A stretch of 64,000 bases of DNA from Planctomycetota bacterium (GCA_965223545.1 OZ245006.1:7232001-7296000), one strand, 5' to 3'; shown: positions 19,686 through 31,221, counted from the stretch's first letter. Notes: generated by a model not told the origin, from the sequence alone. Translations and numbers: made by a program.

Positions 19686-19717
19686 GTACGGTGTCAGACT
19701 CGATTTTCTCGCTTCGC
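19686..19717 (+). repeat. REP-like 32-bp element, family A, solo copy
   Basis: GTACGGTGTCAGACTCGATTTTCTCGCTTCGC; four related copies at 26.4, 26.8 and 31.1-31.2 kb. Confidence 0.85.
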
Positions 19718-19728
19718 GCGGCCCAGCG

Positions 19729-21147
19729 CTAACGCGCCCGTCGCCGCACCGAGCCCAACACGGCGGCGAATGGCTCGAGCAGCGCCTCGTCGCGCACCTC
19801 GGCGTCGACCAGCACCCACAAGTCGTCATAGAGCAGGGCCGCGCCCCGGTGGCCGCTACCTGCGTCCCCCGCGGCATAGCGCAGGACCGCGGTGGCCTCC
19901 CACGGGTTGGGATCGGGTTTCGGCTGCCATTGTGGCGCGGCGCGGAGCGGCTGGCCGAGCGCGCGCAGTCGCGCGGCGAGCGAGGCCTCGATCGCCGCCC
20001 GCTCTCCGTCGAGCGTCGCGGCGGTGCGGGAGTAGGCGGTGATTCCGATGGTGCCGGTATCGTCGGGGCACACGTAGCTCACGTGGCAAAGGCCGACGTC
20101 GGCGGCGCCGTAGGCGTGGAACTCGGCCGGGCCGCGGCAGTGCAGGCCGTAGCGCTCGTTGTGATAGGCGCCCTGCCCGCGGACCGCGCCGCCACTGTGC
20201 GCCGCGGCGGCGCGCCGGCCGACTTCGTCCGCTGGAATCTCGGGATCGAGCAGCCGGAAGCTGGCCAGCCACAGCTGGATCTCGGTGGCGCGGCGCCGGT
20301 GGGCGTCGGGGTCACCGTCGACCGTCAGTAGGTAGGCGATCTCCGCCGACGGCGCCGCGCGTTTCCCCGCGGGGTGGGTGATGCAGTAGAGCGTGGTGCG
20401 CTGGCTGGTCCGATCCAGCTGGGCGCTGGCGCCGCGCGCGCCGCCGACCGCCGCGAGCGCCGCGGGCAGCGGCCATGGACGCGGGGGTTGCGCCGGCGTC
20501 TCGTCGTGCAAAAGCTGTTGCAAGAGGGACTGCGCGTCGAGGCTGCCGGGGTTGCGGGCGACGGTGATGCTCAGCCGCAGGTCGTCGTCGAGCGGATAGA
20601 AGGACACCATCTCGGTGCAACCGCTGATCGCGCGCGGGCTGGGCACGACCAGCCAGTCCGAAGTCGGTGACCCGATGGTGTAGTTGCAGGCCGGGCAGCG
20701 GAACGCGCCGGTGAAGCCGTTGGTGATGCCGTCGCGCATCGCCGCATCGACGTCGACGTGCAGCAGCGCCAGCGGAGTGCCCGCGTCGGTGCGGAAGGCG
20801 AGATAGCTGTGCTCACAATGGTCGGCGTCGCCGGTGTCGACCACGGTCTCGGCGAGCGCCACCCCGATCCCGCGGCTTTGGCGGAACTCCTGCACGCTCG
20901 ACACCGCGGCCAGCCGCGCGCCCTGCTCGAGGAGGTGGCGCATGCGAGCATCGCGCGAGCCACCGAACCCGGCGCCGCCGCGTTGCGCGAACAGCGCGTC
21001 GTAGGCGTTGGTCGAGCCCTGCGCCACCGCGGTGTCGAGCGCCGACAGCAGCTCGCCAGCGAGCTCGGCGGTCGGCGTTCGCGCCCCACAACCGAGGAGG
21101 GTGAACAGCGCCGCGCCGGCGACGAGCGTCTCGCACCGCCGACTCAC
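19729..21147 (-). CDS. Hypothetical lipoprotein
   Basis: GTG overlaps the upstream stop; lipobox LLGC; contains CPAC. Confidence 0.65.
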   Translation of the reverse strand: MSRRCETLVAGAALFTLLGCGARTPTAELAGELLSALDTAVAQGSTNAYDALFAQRGGAGFGGSRDARMRHLLEQGARLAAVSSVQEFRQSRGIGVALAETVVDTGDADHCEHSYLAFRTDAGTPLALLHVDVDAAMRDGITNGFTGAFRCPACNYTIGSPTSDWLVVPSPRAISGCTEMVSFYPLDDDLRLSITVARNPGSLDAQSLLQQLLHDETPAQPPRPWPLPAALAAVGGARGASAQLDRTSQRTTLYCITHPAGKRAAPSAEIAYLLTVDGDPDAHRRRATEIQLWLASFRLLDPEIPADEVGRRAAAAHSGGAVRGQGAYHNERYGLHCRGPAEFHAYGAADVGLCHVSYVCPDDTGTIGITAYSRTAATLDGERAAIEASLAARLRALGQPLRAAPQWQPKPDPNPWEATAVLRYAAGDAGSGHRGAALLYDDLWVLVDAEVRDEALLEPFAAVLGSVRRRAR

Positions 21148-21719
21148 TGCCGCTCTCCGCGCGTCGCCAGGGCCAGCATTGGATCGGGGGACGGCAGCCG
21201 CAGCTGCGGCCGCAGCCGGGTCATCGCCGTGCCCCATCGGTCCGGCGAGAACGCGCCGGTCGCCTGGACCAGCTCGCCCTGCAGCGCGGGGGTGCGCGGC
21301 GCGCCGCCGGTGGACGCGCTCCACCACCAGCCCAGGCCGACGCAGACCACCGCCGCCGCCGCGGCCGCGGTCCACGAGCGAAGCGCGCGCGCGCGCCGCG
21401 GCGCCGGTGCCGGCGCGATCGCGCGCAGCACGCGTTCGACGAAGTCACCGGTCGGTTCCGGGGCGTGATAGCGGCGCATCAGCCGCTGCCACGACGGCGA
21501 CTGTTCGCGCAGCAGGCGCTGGTAGGTCCGCTCGACGAAGTCGGGCGACACCTCGGGCACCCGGTGGGCCGCGAGCAACTCTTGCAACGCCGCCGGCGTG
21601 CCGGCGCGCTGCGCGTCCACCGCGGCCAGCGTGCGCTCGACGAAGTCGGCGGACACCGGCGGCGCCGGCTGTTGCAGCCACTCCGCCTCGCTGGGGAAGT
21701 CGGGTCGGTCGTGTTCCAT
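21144..21719 (-). CDS. Putative transmembrane anti-sigma factor
   Basis: Directly downstream of an ECF gene; three P.(V/P)S.DFVER repeats and one TM helix. Confidence 0.65.
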   Translation of the reverse strand: MEHDRPDFPSEAEWLQQPAPPVSADFVERTLAAVDAQRAGTPAALQELLAAHRVPEVSPDFVERTYQRLLREQSPSWQRLMRRYHAPEPTGDFVERVLRAIAPAPAPRRARALRSWTAAAAAAVVCVGLGWWWSASTGGAPRTPALQGELVQATGAFSPDRWGTAMTRLRPQLRLPSPDPMLALATRGERQ

Positions 21720-21720
21720 G

Positions 21721-22305
21721 TCAGCTGCCGGTCTGCAGGTAGGGGGCCAGGCGGTCGCGCAGCGCCTCTTTGGCGCGGTGCAGCCGCGACTTGACGGTGC
21801 CCTCCGAGACCCCGGTCACCGAGGCGATCGCCGCGTAGTCGAGGCCCTCGTACTCACGCAGGACGAACGCCATCCGCTGGTCCTCGCCCAGCATCATCAG
21901 CGCCCGCTCGATGTGGCGGCCGAGCTCGCTGTCCTCGACCCGCTTGAGCGGCGCCGCGCTGACTTCGTCGGGCACCTCGCGCGGCGACTGCTCGTCGCCT
22001 TGGGCGCTGAGGGAGGTCGTGCGCAGGCGCCGCTTCTTGAGCACGTCGAAGCAGTGGTTGCGCACGAACGTGTAGACCCAGGTGGTGAACTTGACGCCGC
22101 GCGCCGGTTCGAAGGCGTCGATCGAGCGGAACACCTTCATGAAGATGTCTTGCGCGATGTCCTCGACGTCGGCGCGGAACCGCGAGCCCAAGAACCGGTA
22201 GATGGTCGCCAAGATCGGCCGGTGCAGCTCCTCGATGATCGTGCGGCAGGCGTCCTGGTCGCCCGCTTGGGCGCGGACGACGATGTCGTTGGCGAGCTCG
22301 GTCAA
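21721..22305 (-). CDS. ECF sigma-70 factor (RpoE/SigW-like)
   Basis: DVEDIAQDIF, FTTWVY and EGLDYAAIA...GTVKSRLHRAK motifs. Confidence 0.92.
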   Translation of the reverse strand: MTELANDIVVRAQAGDQDACRTIIEELHRPILATIYRFLGSRFRADVEDIAQDIFMKVFRSIDAFEPARGVKFTTWVYTFVRNHCFDVLKKRRLRTTSLSAQGDEQSPREVPDEVSAAPLKRVEDSELGRHIERALMMLGEDQRMAFVLREYEGLDYAAIASVTGVSEGTVKSRLHRAKEALRDRLAPYLQTGS

Positions 22306-22333
22306 GGGCGGTCTCCGCTCTGATCGTGGCCTG

Positions 22334-22360
22334 ATTCGATTGCGCGGGGCCTGAGGTTCC
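22334..22360 (-). promoter_or_regulatory. Possible autoregulatory ECF promoter
   Basis: GGAACC-N15-TCGAAT upstream of the ECF gene; resembles sigmaE-type promoters but the spacing is slightly short. Confidence 0.3.
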
Positions 22361-22424
22361 GCGATGTTGGATTATGGTACGGGCGGCGCCGGCGCAAGCG
22401 CGGCCCCCCGGTGTCCACCGCCCG

Positions 22425-24970
22425 ATGGCTTCGACCGAATCCCGCCTCCCGCTCCCGGTCTGTGGCACCGCCCGCCAGCAGCTGGTCGCGGTGGCGCTGG
22501 CCGGCCTCTGCGCCGTGCTGTTTCTCGGCGACGCCTTGCTGCCGGGACGCGCCCTGGTGCCCTATCCCCCCGAGGCCAACCAGCCGCTGTTCGCCCAGGC
22601 GCTGGCCGACGGTGCGGATCTGGCCGAGATCCTGCGCGGCAACGCCGCCATGGGCGACAAGTACAACCAGTCCCTCTTCTGGGACTGGCAGATCCAGGCG
22701 GCGCTCGAGGAGGGGCGGCTGCCGCTGTGGACCCGCGCGCTGGGGGGCGGCGTGCCCTACGTGCCGCAGATGGGACTGGCCTATCAGCCGTGGAACCTGT
22801 TGCTGTGGCTCGGGGTTCCGTCGGTCGAGGTCTACGGCTACTGGTACTTGGGGCACCTGCTGCTGATCGGCTGGTTCGCCTACCGCTTTCTGCGCCGGGT
22901 CGGCGCCGGGCATGACGCCGCGCTGCTCGGCGTCGTCTGTGCGACGCTCGGTCTGTGGTCGCAGGCGCGGCTCCACCACAACGTCATCCTCGCCGCCGCG
23001 GTGCCGGCGTTCTGGATGCTGTCGGCCCTGCATGCGCTGTGGCGCGGTGGTGGCGGTGCCCGCGCCGCCGGTGGCCTGGCGCTGGCGACCGGCTGGTCGT
23101 GGCTCGGCGGGATGCCGCAGATCAGTCTGCTGTTGACCTATCTCGCCGCTGGGTGGGCGGCGGCGCTCTGGTGGCGCTCGGCGCCGGGGCAGCGGCTGCG
23201 GCCGGCGCTGTGGACGGCGTTCGCGTTCGGCATCGGCGCCGCCATCGGTGCGCTGCAGATGGGGCCGGTGCTGCTGGCGGCGCGTGACTCGGCGCGGACG
23301 CCGTCCGACGAGGCGCTGCTCGCCAGCGTCGCGTTGCCGTGGTCGCACCTGCTGTCGGCGGTGTGGCCGGATCTGCTTGCCTGGCCGCGCGACCACTTCT
23401 ACGGCGACATCGACACCACGCGGGCGTCGTGGGCGGCGCTCGTCCTGCTCGACATCGACCAGGTGCAGCTCGGCCTCGACAAGTACCCCGAGTCGGCGTT
23501 CGCGGTCGGCACCCTGCCGCTGGCGCTGGCGTGGGTGGGCCTGCGCGGGCGGGTGGGCGCGTTCTTCGGCGTTGTTGCGCTCGGCGCGCTGCTGTTGGTC
23601 ACCGCGACGCCGCCGGTGTTGCAGGTCAGTGGCTGGCTGCCCGGGTTGCGCGTCGGCGATCTGCGCCGGGGTTTGGTGCTGGTGTGGCTCGCGCTCGGCG
23701 TGCTCGGTGCGCTCGGCCTGGACCGGGCGGCCCGCGACGGGCGACCGCGGTTGGCGGTTGCGTGGTGCGCCGGGGTCGCGCTGCTCAGCGCGTATTGGTG
23801 GTGGCGGCACCAGGCGCCCGCGGCGCAGCTGGAGCTCGAGTGGTTGTCGCGGATCGCGGACGCCTGGGGGTTGCCAGCAGAAGAGCGCGACGCCGGCATC
23901 GCGCGGGCGCGGGCCGTGCACTTGGGCGGCGGACAGACGGAGGCCAACCTCGTGCGGCTGCGCGAGACGTTCGGCCGCACGGCGTTGGTCGCCGCTGCCG
24001 GCGCCGGGTTGCTGTGGTGCAGCCGTCGTCGCTGGGCGCGGGGGGCGCTGGTGCTGCTCACTGCGATCGAGCTGGTCGTGGTCGGCCGCGGCCCCGCCGT
24101 GGTCGTCGAGAGCCAGCGCGTCACCACACCGCCGCGCGTGCTGGCACCGGTGCTGGCGGCGACGCGCGCCGCCGAGGGGCCGCGGCCCCGGTTCCAGCGC
24201 CTGCTGCCAGCGGACGCGCCGCGGCCGACCCTGCTCTTGCGGCCGAACCTCGGCGCGTTCTACGGGCTGGAAGACCTGTCGTCGTATCACCCACTGCCGC
24301 CACGCCGGCAGGAGGAGCTGTGCGACGCGATCGCACCAGGCGTGGCAATGGGAGGCGTCGGCGTCGAGGCGTTGCGCGACGCCGGCCGTCTCGAGCACCC
24401 GATGTTCGACGTTCTGGGGTTGCAGTGGGTGTTGAGCGCGGTGCCCGTCGAGTCGCCGGCTTGGCGTGACCGCACTCCGGCGGACGCGGCGGGACCGTTC
24501 CGGTTGTACGAGCGGGCGCGGCCGGCTGCGCCCCGCGCGGTGTTCCTTACTGACGTGGTGATCGAGCCCGATCGCGAGCGGCGGTTGGCGTTGCTGGCGG
24601 ACCCGCGGCGCGACGCGCGGCGCCAGATCGTGCTCGAGGATCCCACCCTGTCGGTGCCGCCGGCGGGGGAGGCTGTGGCCACGGTCGAAGTCGTCGCCCA
24701 CGAAGACGAGCGCGTGCGCATCGACGTGCGCACTGACCGCGCCGGCTACCTGCGCCTGGCCGACCCCTGGGACCCGGGCTGGCGCGCCACGGTGAACGGC
24801 GCCGCGGCGCCGGTGGTGATCGCCGATCACTACCTCCGCGCGGTGTGGCTGCCGGCCGGCGCGCACCGCGTCGAGTTCACCTACGACGGGCCGACCGTGG
24901 TCCTTCCGCGCCGCATCGGCGGTCTCGGCCTGCTGGTCGCGGTCGCGCTGTGGCTCGCGGGCCGCCGGCG

Positions 24971-24980
<10 letters not shown>
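22425..24980 (+). CDS. YfhO-family polytopic membrane protein (GT-C glycosyltransferase-like)
   Basis: G.LPLW....GG.P motif, many TM helices, C-terminal DPGWRATVNG....I.ADHYLRAV.LPAG.HRVEFTY. Confidence 0.85.
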
Positions 24981-26407
<1,427 letters not shown>

Positions 26408-26416
26408 CCCGTGAAC

Positions 26417-26857
26417 AGTACGGTGTCGCACTCGATTTTCTCGCTTCGCACCGATTGCCCTTCCGCTCCGCGCTCAATCCAAGAGGTAGAGCCCCAAGCG
26501 CCACACGTCTGTGCTCAGCAGCGCGACCATCACGACCGCGCTGGCGATCGGCATGAGGGCGGTGGCAACACGTGTCCCGAGCCCGCGGCACGCGAGGACC
26601 GCCAAAGCCCAAGCGCCACCGAGCGCCATGGCGATCGCCGGACACACCCCGCGCGCCCACGACGGCAGCGCGGTTCCGGCCGCCACCGCATCCCCCTGCG
26701 ATGCGATCGACTCGAGGCCGACGTGTGCGTGCTTGACCGTCGCCCCCGCGAGCCACCAGGCCGTCGGCCACCACAGGACGACACCGATGGCGAATGCGAG
26801 GAGTGCGAGGTAGAGGCGTTCGGAGCGAAGCGAGAAAATCGAGTGCGACACCGTACT
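26417..26857. mobile_element. Inverted-repeat-bounded cassette (family A pair with 375-bp interior)
   Basis: Perfect 33-bp inverted repeats at 26417-26449 and 26825-26857 (AGTACGGTGTCGCACTCGATTTTCTCGCTTCGC). Confidence 0.7.
26474..26851 (-). CDS. Small hypothetical membrane protein (about 3 TM) inside the inverted repeats
   Basis: 125-codon hydrophobic ORF; its GTG start and first 9 codons lie within the repeat. Confidence 0.45.
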   Translation of the reverse strand: MSHSIFSLRSERLYLALLAFAIGVVLWWPTAWWLAGATVKHAHVGLESIASQGDAVAAGTALPSWARGVCPAIAMALGGAWALAVLACRGLGTRVATALMPIASAVVMVALLSTDVWRLGLYLLD

Positions 26858-26861
26858 TTCG

Positions 26862-28088
26862 CTAGAGGAGGCGCTCGACGAGGGACTCGAAGCGGGCCTT
26901 GAGGCGGGCGTGCACCGCGCCCGTGGCGGGGCCGGAGAAGCCGGTGTGGACCGCGATCGGGTCGCCGTCGCCGTCGAGGAACACGGTCGTCGGGTAGGCG
27001 CGGACGGCGTCGAGCAGCGGGAATGCCTCGCTGGCGCGGGTCTTGTTCGCCGGCCCGGCGTGCAGGACGACGAACGGCAGGTCGTGGTGGCTCCGGTAGT
27101 CGGCGATGCGGGCCCGCACCGCGGCCGGCTCGTCGTCGTGCTCGAACGCGAGGCCGATCACGCGCACGCCGCGCTCGGCGTAGGTGCGGTGCAGCGCGGC
27201 CATCACCGCGCCGGCGTCGTTGCAGTTGGGACACCACGTGCCGAACAGGTAGAGCACCGTGCCGCGCTCGCCGAGCAGATCGCCGAGCGCCACCTCGCCG
27301 CCGTCGACCGCGGTAAAGCGCAGCTCCTTCGCCGGCACCAGATCGGTGGCGTGGGTGAGCGCGAACGCGTCGGGCAGTGCCGCGTCCGGGTCGCGCTGCG
27401 CGTTCCACTCCTCGTGCCACTGGTCCGACGACCAGAAGTCGCCGGCCAAGCCGCCCTCGCGGTCCAGCTCGGCGTGGAACAAGAACGCGTGCGCGCCGTC
27501 GAAGCACGACAGGCGCAGGCGCGCACCCGACCAGTGTCCCGCCAGGTAGCGGTAGTCGCCGAGCGTGGTCTCGAAGGTGCCGCGCGCGTTGCCGTCGGGG
27601 CCGGCCGCCAGCGTCGCTGCCGCCGGATAGCGGTCCTTGGCGAATTGCACTCGCCACCGGCCGTCGATGCCGGCAGCGTCGGCCGGTGGGCGGGTCGAAT
27701 CCGCGAAGCGCGGCGCGTCGCCGCGGGTCGCGACGAACTCCATGCGGGTTGCCTCACCGGTGCCGCGTCGCTTGTGCCACTCGCCGCGCAGCCCCCCGTC
27801 CTCGCCCCGCTCCGCGGTGATCGTCGAATCGTAGGGCGGAAACCGCAGCCGCACCGTGTCGCCTTGCCACCCGACCTCGATCGCGATGCGTTCTTCGCCG
27901 TTGCGCACCGCGCCCGCGCCCGCCGTCCCCGGGGCGGGAAGCTCGAGCGTGAACGGCAGCGCGCCCCCGGGCGAGCGCAGGACTGCGCGGTAGATCCAGG
28001 GCGCATCGTCGCCGGCGCGCTCGGGTTGCGCGGCGGAGACCGAGCACAGCAGCAGAAGAACGGTGGTGGTCCGTGTTCGCACGGACAA
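26862..28088 (-). CDS. Secreted TlpA/redoxin-family thiol-disulfide oxidoreductase with an N-terminal beta domain
   Basis: FGTWCPNC and AYPTTVFLD motifs; signal peptide ...VSAA-QP. Confidence 0.85.
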   Translation of the reverse strand: MSVRTRTTTVLLLLCSVSAAQPERAGDDAPWIYRAVLRSPGGALPFTLELPAPGTAGAGAVRNGEERIAIEVGWQGDTVRLRFPPYDSTITAERGEDGGLRGEWHKRRGTGEATRMEFVATRGDAPRFADSTRPPADAAGIDGRWRVQFAKDRYPAAATLAAGPDGNARGTFETTLGDYRYLAGHWSGARLRLSCFDGAHAFLFHAELDREGGLAGDFWSSDQWHEEWNAQRDPDAALPDAFALTHATDLVPAKELRFTAVDGGEVALGDLLGERGTVLYLFGTWCPNCNDAGAVMAALHRTYAERGVRVIGLAFEHDDEPAAVRARIADYRSHHDLPFVVLHAGPANKTRASEAFPLLDAVRAYPTTVFLDGDGDPIAVHTGFSGPATGAVHARLKARFESLVERLL

Positions 28089-28273
28089 AGGTTTTAGCGT
28101 CCCCGTCGCCGAGCGTGCGCTCGCATCGGCGTTGCGCTTGCTCTACCATCGCCCGCCGTTGCCGGTGCACCGCACGCACGGTCAGGCGAGTGGTGCCCGG
28201 CGCTCAGACGATCACACCATCCCCGAGACCTCGCCCGCTCGGGGTTCGGTTTCTCCGACCAGGGAGGGAATCC

Positions 28274-28984
28274 ATGGCAAAGAAGGGCAAGGATCTCTTC
28301 GAGCTTCTGCAAGCGCGGGCCAAGGGCGGCCTACCCGCCCCCAAGAAGGCGCCGCCGCCGCAGCTGCCGAGTGTCGTCGAACAGGTCGGTCAACGGCTCA
28401 AGGTCTGGTTCGGCGGTGGTGCCGCCGGAGCTGCCGAGGGCGGCAAGGCGCGGCGCGGGCGCGGCGCCAAGGCGGGCAGCCGGGCTGCCCCGGCCGCCGG
28501 GCTCAGCGGAGTCGGGCTCGCCGGCGTCGTGCTCACCGCCCTGGTGCTCGGCTTCGGCCTCGGCCGCTGGACCGCCGGCACCACGCCGCCGACCGAGGAG
28601 CTGCGCTCCAGCGCTCCGCAGCCCCGGACACCTCAGGGCTTCCCCGAGGCACCCCCCGGCCCCCTGTCGACGGCCGAGGAAACCGCCACCCTCTCGAACT
28701 TCTTCTACCCGGTGCTAGGCTACCGGCAAGCGGAGCAGGCCAGCAAGCTGGTCGGCCACCTCCGCCAGAACGGCTGCCCGACGGCGCGCTACCGCCACGT
28801 GGAGCGCAACGAGGGCAGCTTCTGGCTGGTGTTGGTCTACGTGCAGGCAGAAGACGCGGCGGCGGCCAACGAGGCGGCGCCACACTACCTGGAGCGGCTG
28901 CGCACCGTGCCCGTGCCCGATTTCGAGCCCAAGCTGACGACCGCGATCGAGAACACGACCCTGCGCCAGCTGCGGCAGTCTTGA
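28274..28984 (+). CDS. Hypothetical single-pass membrane protein (C-terminus possibly SPOR-like)
   Basis: GGAGG RBS, ATG 28274, one TM helix, Pro-rich linker. Confidence 0.65.
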   Translation: MAKKGKDLFELLQARAKGGLPAPKKAPPPQLPSVVEQVGQRLKVWFGGGAAGAAEGGKARRGRGAKAGSRAAPAAGLSGVGLAGVVLTALVLGFGLGRWTAGTTPPTEELRSSAPQPRTPQGFPEAPPGPLSTAEETATLSNFFYPVLGYRQAEQASKLVGHLRQNGCPTARYRHVERNEGSFWLVLVYVQAEDAAAANEAAPHYLERLRTVPVPDFEPKLTTAIENTTLRQLRQS

Positions 28985-29005
28985 AGCTTTCTCCTAGAGT
29001 CCGTC

Positions 29006-29239
29006 ATGTCCATCCATCCGAGTTTGAAGATCTCCGGTGCGCTCAGCGGTGAGCGCAACGTCTGGACCCGTGCCGAGCGCATCGCCGCGCTGAAGAAGGT
29101 CGGCAAGTGGAAGGATGGCGACGCGGTCCACGGTCTGCCCAAGGTGCGCACGCGCTTTCGGGTGAAGAGCAAGAAGCAGCTCAAGGCCGAGGCAGCGGCG
29201 CAGGCCGACGACGAAGGCAAAGAGAAGTCGGATAGCTGA
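29006..29239 (+). CDS. PVC-superphylum signature small basic protein (TIGR04137-like)
   Basis: MSIHPSLK...RNVWTRAERIAALK...W..GD..GLPKVR pattern with a Lys-rich tail. Confidence 0.88.
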   Translation: MSIHPSLKISGALSGERNVWTRAERIAALKKVGKWKDGDAVHGLPKVRTRFRVKSKKQLKAEAAAQADDEGKEKSDS

Positions 29240-29253
29240 GCGCGGCGCCGGCG

Positions 29254-30366
29254 ATGCTTGCCCAGCGAGTGCGGCGGATCGAGCCGAGTGGCATCCGCCG
29301 CATCTTCGAGCTCATGGCGACGATGGAGGATCCGATCAATCTCTCCATCGGCCAGGCCGATTACGACCCGCCGGAGGCGTTGGTCGAAGCGGCGTGCCGC
29401 GCCATCCGCAATGGCCACAACCGCTACACGACCACGCAGGGCTTGGCCGGCCTCAACGAGCGGGTGCTCGACATGGTGGCGGCGCGCTACGGCCACCGTC
29501 CGCCGGCGAGTCTGATCACTGCCGGAGTCTCCGGCGGGATCCTGCTGTCGTTTCTCGCCCTGCTCGATCCGGGCGACGAGATCCTGCTGCCGGATCCCAA
29601 CTTCATGATGTACCGGCACCTCGCCGAGCTGTGTGGGGCGACGGTGCGGACGTACAGCCTCTACCCGCGCTTCCATCTGGACCCCGACGAGATCGGCGCG
29701 CTGGTCAACGAGAAGACCAAGGTGGTCTTCATCAACTCGCCCAGCAATCCGACCGGCGGCGTGCTGTCGCGCGCGGAAGTCGAGGCGGTGGCGGCCGCTG
29801 CCGACCGGGTCGGCGCCTACGTGATCTCGGACGAGATCTACGACGGCTTCGTCTACGCCGACGAGTTTGCCTCGCCGGTCGGCCTCAGCGAGCGGGTGAT
29901 CCAGCTGTCCGGATTCAGCAAGACCTACGGCGTGCCCGGCTGGCGGATGGGATACGCCACGGGGCCGGTCGAGGTGCTGGACGCGATCAAGACGCTGCAG
30001 CAGTTCAGCTTCGTGTGCGCGCCGGCGCCGTTCCAGCACGCCATCCTCGAAGCCGCGTTCGACCTGGACATGACGCCCTACCTGGATGCCTACCGGCGCA
30101 AGCGCGACCGCCTGGTCGAGGGCCTGCACCCGGCCTACGACTTGGTGCCGCCGGAGGGCTCGTTCTACGCCTTCCCCTCGCTGCCCGGGGGCGTCGCCGA
30201 GGGGGCGTTCATCGAGGCGGCGCTGGAGAACAAGCTGCTGGTCGTGCCCGGCAGCGCGTTCAGCGCGCGCGATACGCATTTTCGCCTGTCGTTCGCCGCC
30301 AGTGACGCCGACCTCGAGCGCGGCCTCGACGTGCTCGGCCGGTTGGCGACTGCTCTGGCGCAGTGA
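29254..30366 (+). CDS. PLP-dependent aminotransferase class I/II
   Basis: NSPSNPTG, SDEIY and GFSKTYGVPGWRMG motifs. Confidence 0.93.
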   Translation: MLAQRVRRIEPSGIRRIFELMATMEDPINLSIGQADYDPPEALVEAACRAIRNGHNRYTTTQGLAGLNERVLDMVAARYGHRPPASLITAGVSGGILLSFLALLDPGDEILLPDPNFMMYRHLAELCGATVRTYSLYPRFHLDPDEIGALVNEKTKVVFINSPSNPTGGVLSRAEVEAVAAAADRVGAYVISDEIYDGFVYADEFASPVGLSERVIQLSGFSKTYGVPGWRMGYATGPVEVLDAIKTLQQFSFVCAPAPFQHAILEAAFDLDMTPYLDAYRRKRDRLVEGLHPAYDLVPPEGSFYAFPSLPGGVAEGAFIEAALENKLLVVPGSAFSARDTHFRLSFAASDADLERGLDVLGRLATALAQ

Positions 30367-31121
30367 GTGGCGGCGCGCCGGCTGGGCCTGCGGCGCCGCT
30401 GGTCGAGATCTTCGGCTCGATCCAGGGGGAGGGGCGCCACGTCGGCGCCGGCATGGCGTTCGTGCGCGTCGCGCGCTGTCCGGTGCGCTGCACCTATTGC
30501 GACACGCCGCACAGCTACGACGTGGCGGAACACGCCATCGTGCACGGGCGTACCGGTGAAGAACGCGAACCCAACCCGGTGTCGGCGGCGCGCGCGGCAG
30601 CGCTGGTCGAACAGCTCGGCGCGCCGTGGTCGGGCTGCGTCTCGGTCACCGGTGGCGAGCCGCTGCTCTACCCGGAGTTCGTCGCCGCCCTGGCAGCCGC
30701 GGTGGCGCCGGCCACCGTCCACTTGGAGACCGCGGCCCTGCACCCCGACGCGCTGCGCGCCTGCATCGGCGGCCTGCACCACGTCAGTGCCGACTACAAG
30801 CTGCCGGGCACCCTCGAACGCGGCGACTACGCCGCGCGCCACGTCGAGTGCGTGCGGATCGCGGCCGAGTCGGGTTGCGCGGTCGACGTCAAGATGGTGA
30901 TCACCTCCGCGGTGACCGACGCCGCGGTCGACGCCGCGCTCGACCGCCTGTCCCCGTTCCGCAGACAAGTCCTGCTGGTGTTCCAGCCGGTGACCCCGTT
31001 CGGCGCCGAGACCGCCACCGTTCCGACCGCACGCCTGCTCGCCCTGGCCGAGCGCGCTGCCGCGCGAGGGTTGAGCCCCCGCGTCCTGCCCCAGGTCCAC
31101 CGCACCCTTGGCTGCAACTGA
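30363..31121 (+). CDS. queE: 7-carboxy-7-deazaguanine synthase (radical SAM)
   Basis: EIFGSIQGEG, FVR..CPVRCTYCDT, TGGEPLL and PQVH motifs. Confidence 0.88.
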   Translation: MSGGAPAGPAAPLVEIFGSIQGEGRHVGAGMAFVRVARCPVRCTYCDTPHSYDVAEHAIVHGRTGEEREPNPVSAARAAALVEQLGAPWSGCVSVTGGEPLLYPEFVAALAAAVAPATVHLETAALHPDALRACIGGLHHVSADYKLPGTLERGDYAARHVECVRIAAESGCAVDVKMVITSAVTDAAVDAALDRLSPFRRQVLLVFQPVTPFGAETATVPTARLLALAERAAARGLSPRVLPQVHRTLGCN

Positions 31122-31207
31122 ACGTACGGAGTCCGGCTCGATTTTCTCGCTTCGCGCACGGCGCAGCCGTGCGCGAAGCGAGAAAATCGAGCCGGACTCC
31201 GTACGTT
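31121..31207. repeat. Perfect 42-bp hairpin made of two family A elements (REPIN-like doublet)
   Basis: Arms 31121-31162 and 31166-31207 are exact reverse complements around a GCA loop; begins at the queE stop. Confidence 0.95.
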
Positions 31208-31221
31208 TCGCGAGGACGCTC

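Noticed and set aside
31108..31221. Palindrome translated as the N-terminus of the downstream protein (Rickettsia RPE-like)
   Set aside because: A better start (GAGGA plus TTG 31222) gives an immediate signal peptide; the open frame through the hairpin is probably incidental.
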